From an uncultured Methanosarcinales archaeon (GTDB lineage Archaea; Halobacteriota; Methanosarcinia; Methanotrichales; Methanotrichaceae), in the NCBI GenBank assembly GCA_963843555.1, contig CAWJKV010000002.1:192001-256000 (forward strand): DNA of 64,000 nucleotides. The letters are read 5' to 3'. Shown here one piece after another: positions 1 through 11,356 of the stretch. Under the pieces are notes generated by a model. That model made no database searches, was not told the DNA's origin, and worked only from the letters and a program-made list of their open reading frames with translations. Position numbers and translations under genes: made by a program. Positions within the stretch are counted from its first letter, which is position 1, and each line of letters starts with the position of its first letter.

Positions 1-187
1 AATGTCGATATGCCAGTCCAGGCTTGCCCTATTGACGGGCAATTTCAAATGATGTGATCTGAAAAGAAATCAGTTAAGGCGACTTGAAAGCTTTAAGCAA
101 GTGCTATTATCGGGGGGGCAATTCGCAGCCACAAACCTCATAATAGTATTTCGTCAAGACAAAAATGAAGCTAAAGGAGAGTGTATC

Positions 188-730
188 ATGGATACAATCA
201 AGAAAACATTTAGCGTAGCATCTTTGATTGCGGTATTCATTCTGGCATGCAGCGTTAACGTAATGGGTGCTGAATATTCTGTAGGACCGGGAAATGACAG
301 CTGGTGGACAACATATCCTGATCAGTCCTCTGGGGCTGGCGGCGAGGTCAGCCATCCTACCTGGGTCTTGGACGCTCTGGAAAATAAGCCTGTGGTGATC
401 TACGCTCACAAAGGCTGCAGCTACTGTAAACCTCAGACAGAAGCCATGGCAAAAATAGTTGACGATATAGGAAATGAATTCACATACTTCGACTTATCCG
501 CGGACGGGAGCGATGCCAGATCGGAGGAAGCCCTGCGGGCATACGATCCCAACGGCGGCGGCATGTATGTGCCCTTGACCGTAATTGTAACTCTGGCTCC
601 GAACTCGGAGGGAGAGGTCGTGCCGGTATGGCACAGCACTGATGAGGTCACGGGCGAAGACTGGATCAAGAAATATATCGAGGACGCATTAGTCTACTAT
701 AACGAGAACTCCGCTGACTGGAATAAGTGA
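188..730 (+). CDS. Exported thioredoxin-like protein (CSYC)
   Basis: Signal-peptide-like N-terminus from ATG 188, with KPVVIYAHKGCSYCKP thioredoxin CxxC and a YVP cis-Pro-like motif. Confidence 0.75.
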   Translation: MDTIKKTFSVASLIAVFILACSVNVMGAEYSVGPGNDSWWTTYPDQSSGAGGEVSHPTWVLDALENKPVVIYAHKGCSYCKPQTEAMAKIVDDIGNEFTYFDLSADGSDARSEEALRAYDPNGGGMYVPLTVIVTLAPNSEGEVVPVWHSTDEVTGEDWIKKYIEDALVYYNENSADWNK

Positions 731-757
731 AGGATGACCGGATAAGGAATAGCAGTC

Positions 758-2155
758 ATGTCTTCGAGGAGTAAAAGATCTCTGAATTTGGGGCCTATCA
801 CCCTTTTTTTCGTCTTATGTTCCCTCTGCTTCTTGAGCTTGTCGACTGGTCTAGCAAAGGAGGCTAAAGCCCCTGATTTTCAGGCAGTGGACCTTGATGG
901 AAAGAATGTCTCCCTGAGCGACTACCGTGGTGAGGTCGTCCTTCTGCACATCACCAATATTGAGAATCCTCTCTGCAGGGAGTGCGAGAACGCACTGAAC
1001 GCCCAGACCCGGGAGCTTTCCCTTTTAAAGCAGAAGGATCCCGGCATTAATATCATAACTCTCAATGTCCGGAAGAACCCATACTCAGACGACGGCCGGG
1101 CTCTGGCCGCTTTCTGGTGGAACATCAATGCAACCTGGCCCTGGATTGAGGACTTTGAGCCCTATCCTCTTACCGGCAAGTACATCGACTACTCTACCCT
1201 GGAGGGCGGCTTTGCCAACCCTACGCTGATCCTGATAGATAAAGAAGGAAATGTGACGGGTCTGTATCATGTCTTCCAGCTCGGCAAGGGCGAGATCGAC
1301 GGCATCCAGAGCGCTGATTCTCTTTACAGTGACCTGAAAAGCATGGAGAGCGATGAGGCTTCCGGATTTGCAGGAATCGCATCCAGCCAGGGCGTAAACT
1401 ACCTGGGCATGTTCGTCCTGGGCATTGTAACCTCGCTTTCGCCATGCTCCGTGGCCCTGCTCCTGGCGATGTTCTCCTATGTCATGACTGCCCGCCGGAA
1501 AGAGGAGTACCTCAAGAAGTCAGCAACGGCCTCCAAAGAGGGTTTCATGATCGGGGTGGCCTTTACTCTGGGTATGGCCTTGGTTTTCTTCGTGCTGGGG
1601 CTTTTTCTCGCAGACATCGGCGTCTTCATCCGACAGGCCCGCTTCTTTGACCTGGCAGCCGGCCTCTTGATGATCATCCTGGGAATAAATATTATCAAAC
1701 CCATAGGCGAGATCATTGAGCCGGTCAGGTCGCACTTCTCCTTCCGCAAAGCCGATCCGGATGACTCTCCAGTGCAGAAGAAGGGCATAATGGAGAGGCT
1801 GGTTCACTTCTCTATGGGCCTTTTCGAGTATTCGGCCTTCATTGGAGCTTTCACCCTGGGCGTCTTCTTCGCTCTGGGCTGGGCACCCTGCGCCGTGTCG
1901 CTGGTCTTCCCGGTGCTCATCTGGCTCATCTCCCAGGACGTGACACCCCTGGTCGGAGGCCTGATGCTCTTCGCCTTCGGATTGGGCCACGGCGTGCCTG
2001 TGATTCCCATTTCCACCTTCTCCAGGGCGGTGGGCGGGCAGATCGGTGAGAAGTACATCTATGCCGGAAAGTATGTGACCAAGATCTTCGGGGTGGCGGT
2101 GATTGTGATCGGGGTCGTATATGCGGTGAGGTACCTGGGATTCAAGATGTGGTGA
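758..2155 (+). CDS. Redoxin (AhpC/TSA-like) fused to CcdA/DsbD transmembrane domain
   Basis: APDFQAVDLDGKNVSLSDYRG...PLCREC redoxin domain; C-terminal TM region with the two CcdA cysteines (SLSPCS, GWAPCA). Confidence 0.8.
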   Translation: MSSRSKRSLNLGPITLFFVLCSLCFLSLSTGLAKEAKAPDFQAVDLDGKNVSLSDYRGEVVLLHITNIENPLCRECENALNAQTRELSLLKQKDPGINIITLNVRKNPYSDDGRALAAFWWNINATWPWIEDFEPYPLTGKYIDYSTLEGGFANPTLILIDKEGNVTGLYHVFQLGKGEIDGIQSADSLYSDLKSMESDEASGFAGIASSQGVNYLGMFVLGIVTSLSPCSVALLLAMFSYVMTARRKEEYLKKSATASKEGFMIGVAFTLGMALVFFVLGLFLADIGVFIRQARFFDLAAGLLMIILGINIIKPIGEIIEPVRSHFSFRKADPDDSPVQKKGIMERLVHFSMGLFEYSAFIGAFTLGVFFALGWAPCAVSLVFPVLIWLISQDVTPLVGGLMLFAFGLGHGVPVIPISTFSRAVGGQIGEKYIYAGKYVTKIFGVAVIVIGVVYAVRYLGFKMW

Positions 2156-2219
2156 GAGCGGAGAAAATATTTTTTATTTTTAAAATGGATACCACTTGAT
2201 AGCAAGCCATCGACATTTT

Positions 2220-2498
2220 TCATTCTCCAAGGCTCTCCCTGGCCAGCTCCCTCAGCCTCTGCAAAACGTCCCTTGCCCTCTGGACGCTGTCGCATTGAGA
2301 GAGGTCCTTGGGATTGCAGGAGGCCAGCAGGTCCATAGCTCTGTCCGCCAGCCGATTGCATCCTGAGTCCTCCAATCTCTGTAGCAGCAGGGCTGCACGG
2401 TGGTTGAACTCCCGGCACTCCGAGGACTGGGTGATCTTCTCGTGCATATTGCAGAGCGCCTCGATCTCCTGCAGGATTTCTCTTTCGTTCCGGCACAT
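2220..2498 (-). CDS. Small Cys-containing helical hypothetical protein (paralogue of 40478-40780)
   Basis: Shares LC..HE, CREFN.R, ADR.MDLLA.C.PKD.S.CD with the 40478-40780 product. Confidence 0.7.
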   Translation of the reverse strand: MCRNEREILQEIEALCNMHEKITQSSECREFNHRAALLLQRLEDSGCNRLADRAMDLLASCNPKDLSQCDSVQRARDVLQRLRELARESLGE

Positions 2499-2632
2499 CC
2501 TTGATCATCCTCTTCCTCTGCAAAAAGAGCACAGGAGGTTACAATATAGCTTCTGCCTGTAAGCTATAATCAAGCATCAAAGCACTTCAAAATACTTTTC
2601 CCGAGAATTGGCTCGAATCCAGTCACTGCATT

Positions 2633-4301
2633 TCACAGATACGCTTCCGTCACATACCTGCGCATCATCCGGTGGCTGTTGAAGAAAGATGCAACCATTC
2701 CAATGGAGTTATTCATCATCCGGATCCATTCGTCTCTCCTGTGATAGAACATGGGGATAATTATATGCTCCAGCTTGCCATAAAAATCCTCAAGTTCCCT
2801 ATTCCGGGCCTCTTCATAGGAGACCTTTTCTCCAGGCTCCGGCCCGATAGACCAGCCCGTCACTCCTTCTATCCAGCCTTCGATCCACCAGCCATCCAGG
2901 ACCCCGAAATTGATCACACCGTTGTGCGCCGCTTTCATGCCGCTTGTGCCCGAGGCCTCCTGAGGTGGTAATGGAGTATTTAGCCAGACGTCTACTCCGG
3001 AAACCATTTTAAGAGCCAGATCCATATCATAGTTCTGAAGATATGCAACCCGGATCTCATCCTTCAGAGTTCTTTTAATTTCAAAGACCTTTTCGATTGC
3101 CTTCTTCCCTTTTTCGTCTCTGGGATGGGCTTTTCCTGCCATCACAACCTGGATACGGCCTTTGTGGTTAACCTTCCTGAGCCTTTCCAGGTCCGAGAAG
3201 ATAAATGTGGTTCTCTTATACTCGGCTGCTCTTCTGGCAAATCCTATGGTCAAGGATTCGTAGTCCATATCCACGTTCGTCTCTTTGTTTACATAGTCGA
3301 TCAGAGTTCTCTTTGCATTCATGTGTGCTTCCCAGATATCTCCATCCGGGCTGTTGTCGACCCGGAGAAGCATCTCGGGCTCATTGGCCCAACCAGGCAT
3401 GTATTCATCGAAGATCTTTTGGAAGTAAGGGCAGGTCCAGGTGAAAGAATGAACGCCGTTGGTAATGGAATGGATCTCATAACCGGGGAACATCTGCATT
3501 GATGTCGCCCTATGCCTCTTCGCAACACCGTTTATGTAATTGGATAGGTTCAGTGCCAGATGAGTCATATTCAGGCTGTCGACCCCTCCGAACTTTTTTA
3601 GAACACTGGCATCTATAAAATCTCCCATCAGGTCATCGACCAAGTGCATAATCGAACTTATCATGGCCAGCTTCCACAGGCGTATGGGTGGTGAATACGC
3701 ATAGCTCTTTGACGGCCTCTGTGTCCATTGCATGTCTCTTTAATAGTTCCAGCGTCAGCAGGCCGGATTGCCCTTCATTCATGTGATACTTCCTGATCTC
3801 AAAACCTAAGGAATCGAGAATCCGGACACCGCCGATTCCGAGGATTATCTCTTGCTTCAACCTGTAACTCTCATCTCCTCCGTAGAGATAATGGGTAATC
3901 GTTCTATCATCAGGGCTGTTTCCTTCCAGGTCTGTATCCAGGAAAAGCACGGGAACCTCTCCGCCAGTAGGGCTTTGCAGATTGTATTGCCAGGCACCAA
4001 CCTTGACGTCCCTATTTTGGATCTGCACCGTTGCCTCAGCCTGCAATTTCACCAGAAAGTCCGAAGGATTCCATTCTATCGAATGCTCAATCTGTTTTCC
4101 ACTCGAATCAAGTTCCTGGCGAAAATACCCGCGTCTGCTAATGAGGGTGAGAGCAACCAGGGGAAGATTCAGGTCGGCACTCGACTTTATGACGTCACCG
4201 GCTAAAATTCCCAGTCCGCCGGAGTAGGTGGGAATATCTCTTAACAAACCTATCTCCATGGAGAAATAGGCAATCTTCTTCTTCCTCAGGATACCCGTCA
4301 T
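2633..4301 (-). CDS. glgP: Alpha-glucan (glycogen) phosphorylase, frameshifted near 3680
   Basis: AYFSMEIGL..PTYSGGLGILAGD, HMNEG, FTTHTP, GFARRAAEYKR, GKAHP, EASGTSGMKAA motifs across two overlapping ORFs. Confidence 0.92.
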
Positions 4302-4530
4302 AAATGGAGATGGCTTGAGGATTTTACCCGTCTTGCTGAAAATTTATACATATATATCACGGAAGATAAATGGGCTTAATTCATTAAAGCCTTTTCCATC
4401 GCTGTTCCTCGGGATTGCAGGCGAACAGGGGGTCCATCGTCCTATCCGCCAGCCGATAGTACCCAGAGTCTTCCAATCTTACATAACAATCAAAATGCTG
4501 ATCTATTATGAAGAACATTAAGAGTATAAG

Positions 4531-4994
4531 ATGACATCAACTGCGAAGATGGGGATAAGGAGAAGGTTCTCTTTCTCTGCACTCACAACTCCGCTCGCTC
4601 CCAGATGGCCGAAGGCCTCTTGCGGGCCATGTACGGTGATCGATACGAGGCATACAGCGCTGGCGTTGAGGCCACATCTGTCGATCCTCGCGCCGTGCAG
4701 GTCATGCTGGAAATCGGCATCGATATCTCAGGTCAGCGATCCAAGTCTTCATTGGAATTTCAGGATACGGTATTCGATCTGGCGGTCACTGTCTGCGACC
4801 GGGCCAAACAGGCCTGCCCGATCTGCAGCACAGAGCTTGAGCTTCCTGCCAAATCTCCCAAAGCAAGAGAAGTCATTCACAGAAGCTTCGAGGACCCTGC
4901 CCTGGCCACAGGCTCTGCGGAGGAGCAGCTCGAGGTCTTCCGACGAGTCAGAGACGAGATAAAAGACTGGATCTCCCAGAATTTGGGGAGATAA
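4531..4994 (+). CDS. arsC: Thioredoxin-dependent arsenate reductase (LMW-PTP fold); start ATG out of frame
   Basis: VLFLCTHNSARSQMAEG reads in frame upstream of ORF 4605; TVCD..KQACP and FEDPA motifs. The only nearby ATG (4531) is in another frame. Confidence 0.88.
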
Positions 4995-5054
4995 TGCCAG
5001 GGTTGGAGGCTTTTTGTCGCCGAGCAGGACAGGATGGAATAGCCATCAGCTTTT

Positions 5055-5393
5055 TTATTTATTGTCTTCAATCTCCTTTTTATCCATCTGTTTCAATTCC
5101 AGGTTAAGGGAATAGCCAACCACAGTCCTGATAGCAACTATTATCCCCAAGATTATTACTTCATCCAGGCTGGGCGTAAGGATGCTCTTTATTAAATCGC
5201 CTGCAATAAAAAATTCCAGGCCCATCATGATTTGGGATGTGAAATCTATCCTAACTGCATTGTAATCGAGTTTTTTCCTGCCAATTCCACTCAGGACTTT
5301 AATTATCGCCCATATGCCACCAAATATGATGACTGCAGCACCAAATGAGGACAGAAAGAGAGCTACTCCATCAACGATTGTCTTGTAATCCAT
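5055..5393 (-). CDS. DUF1622-family membrane protein
   Basis: Hydrophobic 112 aa with GLEFFIAGDLIKSI and IVAIRTVVGYSL motifs. Confidence 0.8.
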   Translation of the reverse strand: MDYKTIVDGVALFLSSFGAAVIIFGGIWAIIKVLSGIGRKKLDYNAVRIDFTSQIMMGLEFFIAGDLIKSILTPSLDEVIILGIIVAIRTVVGYSLNLELKQMDKKEIEDNK

Positions 5394-5776
5394 CGCCCTT
5401 AATTAGCATGCAAAAAGACTTAAGAGTTTTGTATTGTGCTTAATTTGAATGGGATAGAGTGCATACATATTATGCTTAGGAATAGACTAGATCGATAAGC
5501 GCAGTCTCCATGCGGGGCACTCGCATGCCCTGCTGCTTGCCGTAGGTACGCTGATGCGGTTTGATTCCGGAGATCCTCCTGAGTTTTTTTGTATCCTGAA
5601 AGGTTTAGTACATGCCATAATTCCCGTGCTGCGTCCTCCGACATTGACAAGTCGCAGGCCAGCGATGCGCTTTCCGCAGCAGCCATAACTCGGAAAATTA
5701 GTCCATGAATTTCATGCGGAATTTATATACAGTTTCACATTGATAATAGTAACAGTATCAAAAGGAGCTATCTGCA

Positions 5777-6560
5777 ATGGGACGAGTAGAAGGCAAAGTG
5801 GCCATAGTCACAGGATCGACCTATGGAATAGGCGAGGCCATAGCCAGGATTCTGGCCAGAGAAGGTGCTGTGTCCATAATCACTGGCCGGAGCCAGGAAG
5901 AAGGAAAGAAAGTCGTCGAGGAGATCACTGAGTGCTGGAGGCAGGGCTGAGTACTATCCGTTGGATGTAACCGATGAGAAGAGAATTGAGGACGTAACCA
6001 AAGCCGTTTACGAAAAATACGGCAGAATCGATATCCTGGTGAACAATGCAGGCGTAGCAGGTCCCAACAAGCCCACACATGAGTATACCCGTGCTGAATG
6101 GGAATGGGTCTTTGATGTGAATGTTACCGGTGCCTTTCTCTGCACCAAGTATGCAGTGCCTTATATGCAAAAGCAGAAGAGCGGAAATATTGTCTACATG
6201 TCCTCTATCTACGGCATCATCGGCGCTCCTGATCTTCCTGCCTATCATGCCACCAAGGCCGCCAACAGGGTCATGGCCAAGATCGATGCCCTGCTTTATG
6301 CGAAGGACAATATCCGCGTCAACTCAGTTCATCCCGGATTCATCTGGACTCCTCTGGTCGAGAATTTCCTCCAGGAGCAGTCTGCGAAGTCGGGGATAAG
6401 CTGCGAGGAGCTGAAAAAGCAGCTGGACTCCAAGCATCCCATAGGCCACATCGGGGAGCCGGACGATATCGCTTATGGCGTGCTTTACCTGGTATCGGAT
6501 GAGGCCAAATTTGTGACGGGGACGGAGCTGATCATCGACGGTGGTTACACCGCTACCTGA
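5777..6560 (+). CDS. Short-chain dehydrogenase/reductase, frameshifted near 5930
   Basis: [19 protein letters not shown] from 5777; NNAG, YHATK, VNSVHPG, DGGY in the downstream frame. Confidence 0.9.
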
Positions 6561-6603
6561 TCTCTTTTGATGCAATAAAATAGACCGGTGAGGCCATCCG
6601 GCC

Positions 6604-8198
6604 TTAACCGGTCACCTCTATATCCAGGACATCTGCAAAGGTTTTCAAGCTGCCAGATGCAGTCGCCGCTATGCTTACTGTGTAGGTCCCGGGTGCCACA
6701 TTGGCATTCCAGATCCCCATATATTGGTATGCAGAGGTGCGCAGCAGGCTCGTCCTTGCTATCTCGGAACCGTCAGGGGCGTTTATGATGGCGGTGCAGC
6801 GCAAGGCGCTATCGACAGCCTGCGACCCGCCGGACTGCGATGTCCTGCCGGATGAGCCCAACTGGACAATCCCAGAATCGTTCCCGGAGGCGCCGGAGGC
6901 ACCAGGGGTGCCGAGAGCGAATCCCTCAAATCCGCAGGTTGCGCATCCTTTGATTGTGAGCTTGACCTCTCCGTTTTGCGATGAATTCCCGGCAGCGTTA
7001 GTCTGCACCTCCTGGAAAGATGCCGTTATAGTCGTAGCTGAGCCAGACCTTACTGGGTTGGGCTGGGCCTCAACATTCTCCAGCTCGAATTTGAATTTGG
7101 GCTGATTTTCAACCCAGTCTCGCCAGGAATACAGTCTGCCATCATATCCGCTGAGATTTAAGGCAAACCAGACCAGCGAGGCCTCGACTCCTATATTGGT
7201 ATAAACCACCACAGGCTGGTCCTTCTTCAGTCCGGTGAAGACCTTCTGCAGATCCTCCTGCGGCTTTATACTCTCATTCTCCAGCACATTCTCGTAAGGA
7301 ATGTTTATGGCTCCTGGAATAGACCCCATTCCATAGTCCCTGGCAGACCTCGCATCAACGATCTGAGCCCCTCCGTTAACGACATAGTCAAAGGTAGCGA
7401 GAAGCTTCAGTATTGAGCTGGGGAGTATAGTTCGTCTTCGGCCTTGTGGCAGACTTATTGCTGGTGTTTAGCCCGGCTGCCGTCCAGTCATCGATGCTGC
7501 CATCCAGAACTCTTACCTTTTCATGCCCCAGGTAATTGAGCAGCCAGTAGGTGAAGATAGCAGGGGAAGGCCCGCCACCACAGGGAAGACACTCACCTGC
7601 GATCACCAGGGAGTCGTTGCTGGATATGCCTGCTTCGCCCAGCAACGTGGCCATCTCTGAGACGGACTTGAACTGACCGCCTTCGCCCATAAATTCCTCG
7701 TAATTGATATTAACAGCGCCTTCAATGTATCTGGCAGCGCTGGGGCTGATGTCGAGCACAATGTCGTCAGAGGAGACCTCCGTGGGAGATGCGAGCACCT
7801 CGGCGAACTTGCCCGTTCGCATCTTTGAGGCATTGTTCTGAACCGGATCGCCTGCATCAGGGAGCGGTGCAGAAATCGATGCAGGGGTCGCATTCTGCGT
7901 CTTCAGAATCGTCTCTTGGTTCCGAGGCTGTGTTTCTTGTTGCTGCTCTTGCTGTTCTTGCTCATAGACGGCCTTCTTAGCCTGCCATCCGTCCAGATCG
8001 GTCCAGTCGGGACAGGTGGGGCAGAATTCGCCTGTTTCCGTACCAGCCAAAACGAGCGCAGCTCAAGACCAAACTATGCACAAGGATGGAAATGATACCG
8101 TAAATGAGCATCATCTTCGTCATGGCAGCGAATCCCTTTCGTTCCGCTCGGCAGGAATCGGGTTTTACTATCATTCTTTTCTCCACAGAGGCCTTCAT
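6604..8198 (-). CDS. Exported tandem-rhodanese protein with C-terminal beta-sandwich-like extension (frameshifts near 8050 and 7395)
   Basis: YIEGAVNI, LGHEKVRVLDGS, IVDAR..GSIPGAINIPY and LSGYDGRLY.W rhodanese motifs; hydrophobic N-terminus; CPTC, CLPC and CATC motifs. Confidence 0.8.
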
Positions 8199-8218
8199 AC
8201 ACTTCTCTTTACCTGTTC

Positions 8219-9343
8219 CTAATCGCCTTTGGGTGGTTGATTCTCTACCCAATCCTGGTAGTTGTAGAGCCTGGCATCATAGCCCATCATCTCCAGGGCG
8301 AACCAGACCACAGAGGCTTTCATTCCAGTGCTGGTAAAGACAACTACCGGCTGGTCTTTGTCCAGAATCATGAAAACCTTATTCAGCTGGTCCTCGCCTT
8401 TGATCTTTTTCCCGTTCAGCACGCTGGTATAGGGTATGCTGATCGATCCCGGTATGCTTCCGGACCCAAACTCCTGCAAAGTCCTGGCGTCCACGATCTG
8501 CGCCTGGCCGCTCTTTACGAACTCATAAGTTGCCGTGTAATTTGCCGTTTCTGAGGGAGTGTAGACTTTGCTGGGGAGTATCTGGGCGTCTTTCGTGGTG
8601 TCACGTCCCGTTGCCTCCCAATCTTCAGCCGTTCCATCCAGGACCATAACCTTCTCATGACCCAGACTCTTCATCATCCGGTAGATGTAAGTCGCAACAG
8701 ACGGGCCTCCTCCGCAAGGCAGGCATTCGCCGTAGATCACAACTTTATCATCCTGAGAGATTCCGGCATCTCCAAGGATCTTAGTGATTTCAGGCACGGG
8801 TTTCAAAACTCCCGCCTGCACATCAAACTCCATATAAGGTATGACCACTGATCCAGCAATATGCGCGCTGGAGTTCTCGCTCACGTCCAGCAGAATATCA
8901 CCATCTGTGACCGCGTCCAATGGAGCGAGAATCGTTTTTGCCTCAGGGCTGCGTACTTTGCTCGCAGGATCCTCTGCAGCCTTTACAGGTATGGCTTTCT
9001 GAGCAGGCGCTTCAGCCTTCTCAGGGGTCTCAGAGGCCGTGTTCTCTTCATCCTCCGAGCCGGAGTCATTCATGTTCCATCTCATCTGCCTCGATTTCTC
9101 CGGCCACTTGACTCCGGCCTGCTGCTGGCTGTTAGTGGTTGGTTTTCCTATCTCATCCAGCTTGGCCATGGGGTCCCAGTCGCCACCGTCGTCACAACCA
9201 CCGCCCAGGGATGCACATTCAGCTCCGGCATATGCGCTTTGTGTAAGGGCCATGACCGCCAATAAGGTCCCGCAGACTATGCAAATCAGCATCAGCTTTG
9301 ATTTCAATAAATTCATTTCATTCCACCAGTATTTAATCCTCAT
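8219..9343 (-). CDS. Exported tandem-rhodanese protein
   Basis: Signal peptide; HIAGSVVIP, GECLPCGGGPS, LGHEKVMVLDG, IVDART..FGSGSIPGS motifs; start overlaps the thioredoxin stop. Confidence 0.85.
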   Translation of the reverse strand: MRIKYWWNEMNLLKSKLMLICIVCGTLLAVMALTQSAYAGAECASLGGGCDDGGDWDPMAKLDEIGKPTTNSQQQAGVKWPEKSRQMRWNMNDSGSEDEENTASETPEKAEAPAQKAIPVKAAEDPASKVRSPEAKTILAPLDAVTDGDILLDVSENSSAHIAGSVVIPYMEFDVQAGVLKPVPEITKILGDAGISQDDKVVIYGECLPCGGGPSVATYIYRMMKSLGHEKVMVLDGTAEDWEATGRDTTKDAQILPSKVYTPSETANYTATYEFVKSGQAQIVDARTLQEFGSGSIPGSISIPYTSVLNGKKIKGEDQLNKVFMILDKDQPVVVFTSTGMKASVVWFALEMMGYDARLYNYQDWVENQPPKGD

Positions 9344-9576
9344 TTCTTGAGCATCTTCTTGATCTCTTCCACAGTGCCGGTTTTTCCAACCATTTTGGAC
9401 TCGCCGTCAATGAAGAGCGCCGGAGTCATCATTACGCCCCGGTTCATGATCTCCTGGATGCTGTCCACTTTGACGATCTCTGCCTGAGTGCCAGACTCAG
9501 AGACTGCTTTCTCCACGTTCTTCAAGAGGCTCTTGCACTTGGCGCAGCCTGTTCCCAGCACTTCGATCTTCACCAT
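9340..9576 (-). CDS. MTH895/TM0996-type small thioredoxin-like protein
   Basis: KIEVLGTGCAKC...GVMMTPALFIDG. Confidence 0.9.
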   Translation of the reverse strand: MVKIEVLGTGCAKCKSLLKNVEKAVSESGTQAEIVKVDSIQEIMNRGVMMTPALFIDGESKMVGKTGTVEEIKKMLKK

Positions 9577-9674
9577 TTCTCCATCACCCGAATCTTTTGT
9601 CGGTATCGTTCAGTATATCGCATTGTTCGTGCTCTTTATTCTATTCTATATATTAGCTTCACCTAAACAATAGC

Positions 9675-10753
9675 TCAGACAATTGCTCCATATATCATGC
9701 CGGCCAGGGTCGACATTATGACAACCAGAACTATGTACACGCCGCCTTTCTTCAGACCAATTACTCTGGTGATCACTATCATGCTGGGCAGGCTCAAAGA
9801 CGGCCCGGCAAGCAAGAGCGATAGCGCGGGGCCGGCGGCGGTATCGCCGGTGCTGTAGCCGAAGAGAGTTCCCACAATGGGGACCTCCAGCAGCGTGGGC
9901 ATGTAGAGCAGAGCGCCTATGACCGAGGCCAAAAAGCAGGACGAAAAGCTGCTGGTGCCAAAGACGGCGCGAATCCATTCCATGGGCATGAAGTAACCGA
10001 TAACGCCGGTGAGGAATGTGCCCACTACCAGCAAGGGAAAGATCTTCTTGGTCAGCCACCAGGTCTCGGATAGGAACTCATCTCTCTCTTCGGGCAGGTA
10101 GTAGGTCTTCATCAGGAAAACGGCTGATAATACCAGTGCTCCTACGATTATCGATTTAGGCAATAATGCGAAGAAGCTGGTTGTGGCCACGAGCAATATG
10201 GCCACCAGGATGGCCATGAATAAGCCTGTGATATAGCCGGGACGGCTCTTCGACTCGGAGTTGGAATCTATCTGGGGGGTTGCAGCGGGTTCGATTCACA
10301 TTTTTTTTCAGATTTCTGGAATATGGCAGCCATGATGAGGCCGATGACGACAGCCATGGTGACCGCCGCTACTGCCCTGGCTATACCCAGATCCAGGCCC
10401 AAGACCCGTGCCGTGAGTATTATGGCCATGATGTTGATGGCTGGACCCGAGAAGAGAAAGGCCGTGGCCGGGCCGATTCCTGCGCCTCTCTTTTCTATTC
10501 CTGCAAACATGGGCAGGATGGTGCAGCTGCATACAGCCAGGATCGTTCCTGAAGTGGCAGCCACGCTGTAGCAGAGCCATTTGGGCGCGTCAGCTCCGAA
10601 ATATTTGAGCACCGTCTCCTTATGCAGGAGTGTGGAAATGGCGCCGGCTATGAAGAATGCGGGAATCAGGCAGGTCAAAACGTGGGCCGATAGATATTCC
10701 AGCAATGTTGCGAAGCCTGCTTGCAGAGCCGCCATAATTGTGTATGTAACCAT
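9675..10753 (-). CDS. arsP: ArsP/DUF318 permease, frameshifted near 10265
   Basis: HVLTCLIPAFFIAGAI, AVCSCTILP, FLFSGPAIN, LLLAGPSLSLPS; lies in an operon after arsR. Confidence 0.85.
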
Positions 10754-10767
10754 TTGAAGATCAGCAC

Positions 10768-11130
10768 CTATGGAAGTTGCGCCGAGAATTGAGTATTGCT
10801 GAGGGATTTTTCCAGAATCTTTCCGGCTTCATTAAGCTGGGATATCTGCCTCAGAGCCAGTACATCCACCATTCTGATCAGATCAAATACCTGGGGATCT
10901 TTTATTCTGTAGATGGTCCTCTTGCCGTCTATCTTTCTTTCCAGGATGCCTGCTTCGTGGAGGATGTTGAGATGTTTGGATATGGTGGATTGAGATCTCT
11001 GAAAGGCAGGGATGATCTCGCAGACGCAACGCTCTCCCTGGGAGAGATATTCCAACAGCTCCAGCCTGGTGGGATCTGAAAGTGCATCAAGGATCTTGAT
11101 TCGTAGATCCGAGACAGATTTTTGGGTCAT
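10768..11130 (-). CDS. arsR: ArsR/SmtB-family transcriptional regulator
   Basis: ALSDPTRL, GERCVCEI, SQSTISKHL..L..AG. Confidence 0.9.
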   Translation of the reverse strand: MTQKSVSDLRIKILDALSDPTRLELLEYLSQGERCVCEIIPAFQRSQSTISKHLNILHEAGILERKIDGKRTIYRIKDPQVFDLIRMVDVLALRQISQLNEAGKILEKSLSNTQFSAQLP

Positions 11131-11356
11131 GGTGAGAGATACTCTACATATCTACATATAAACCTATCGCGATAAGACGATATGATATCCTTGACTCCCA
11201 CTGCCCTAAAAAAAGATATTCATTTGAAAATAAAGGCATGAGAAGGGATCGGATGGCATTCTGAAGGAATCATCCAGATGTTGAAGCATCGATTTATCTA
11301 TCACTATCATATAAAAAAAATTGTGAGGCAGATGAAACTACCCCAAAAGTTGTCAG

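Noticed and set aside
5420..5690. 88-aa ORF and small hairpins upstream of the SDR
   Set aside because: No homology cues and the stems are short; not distinguishable from chance.
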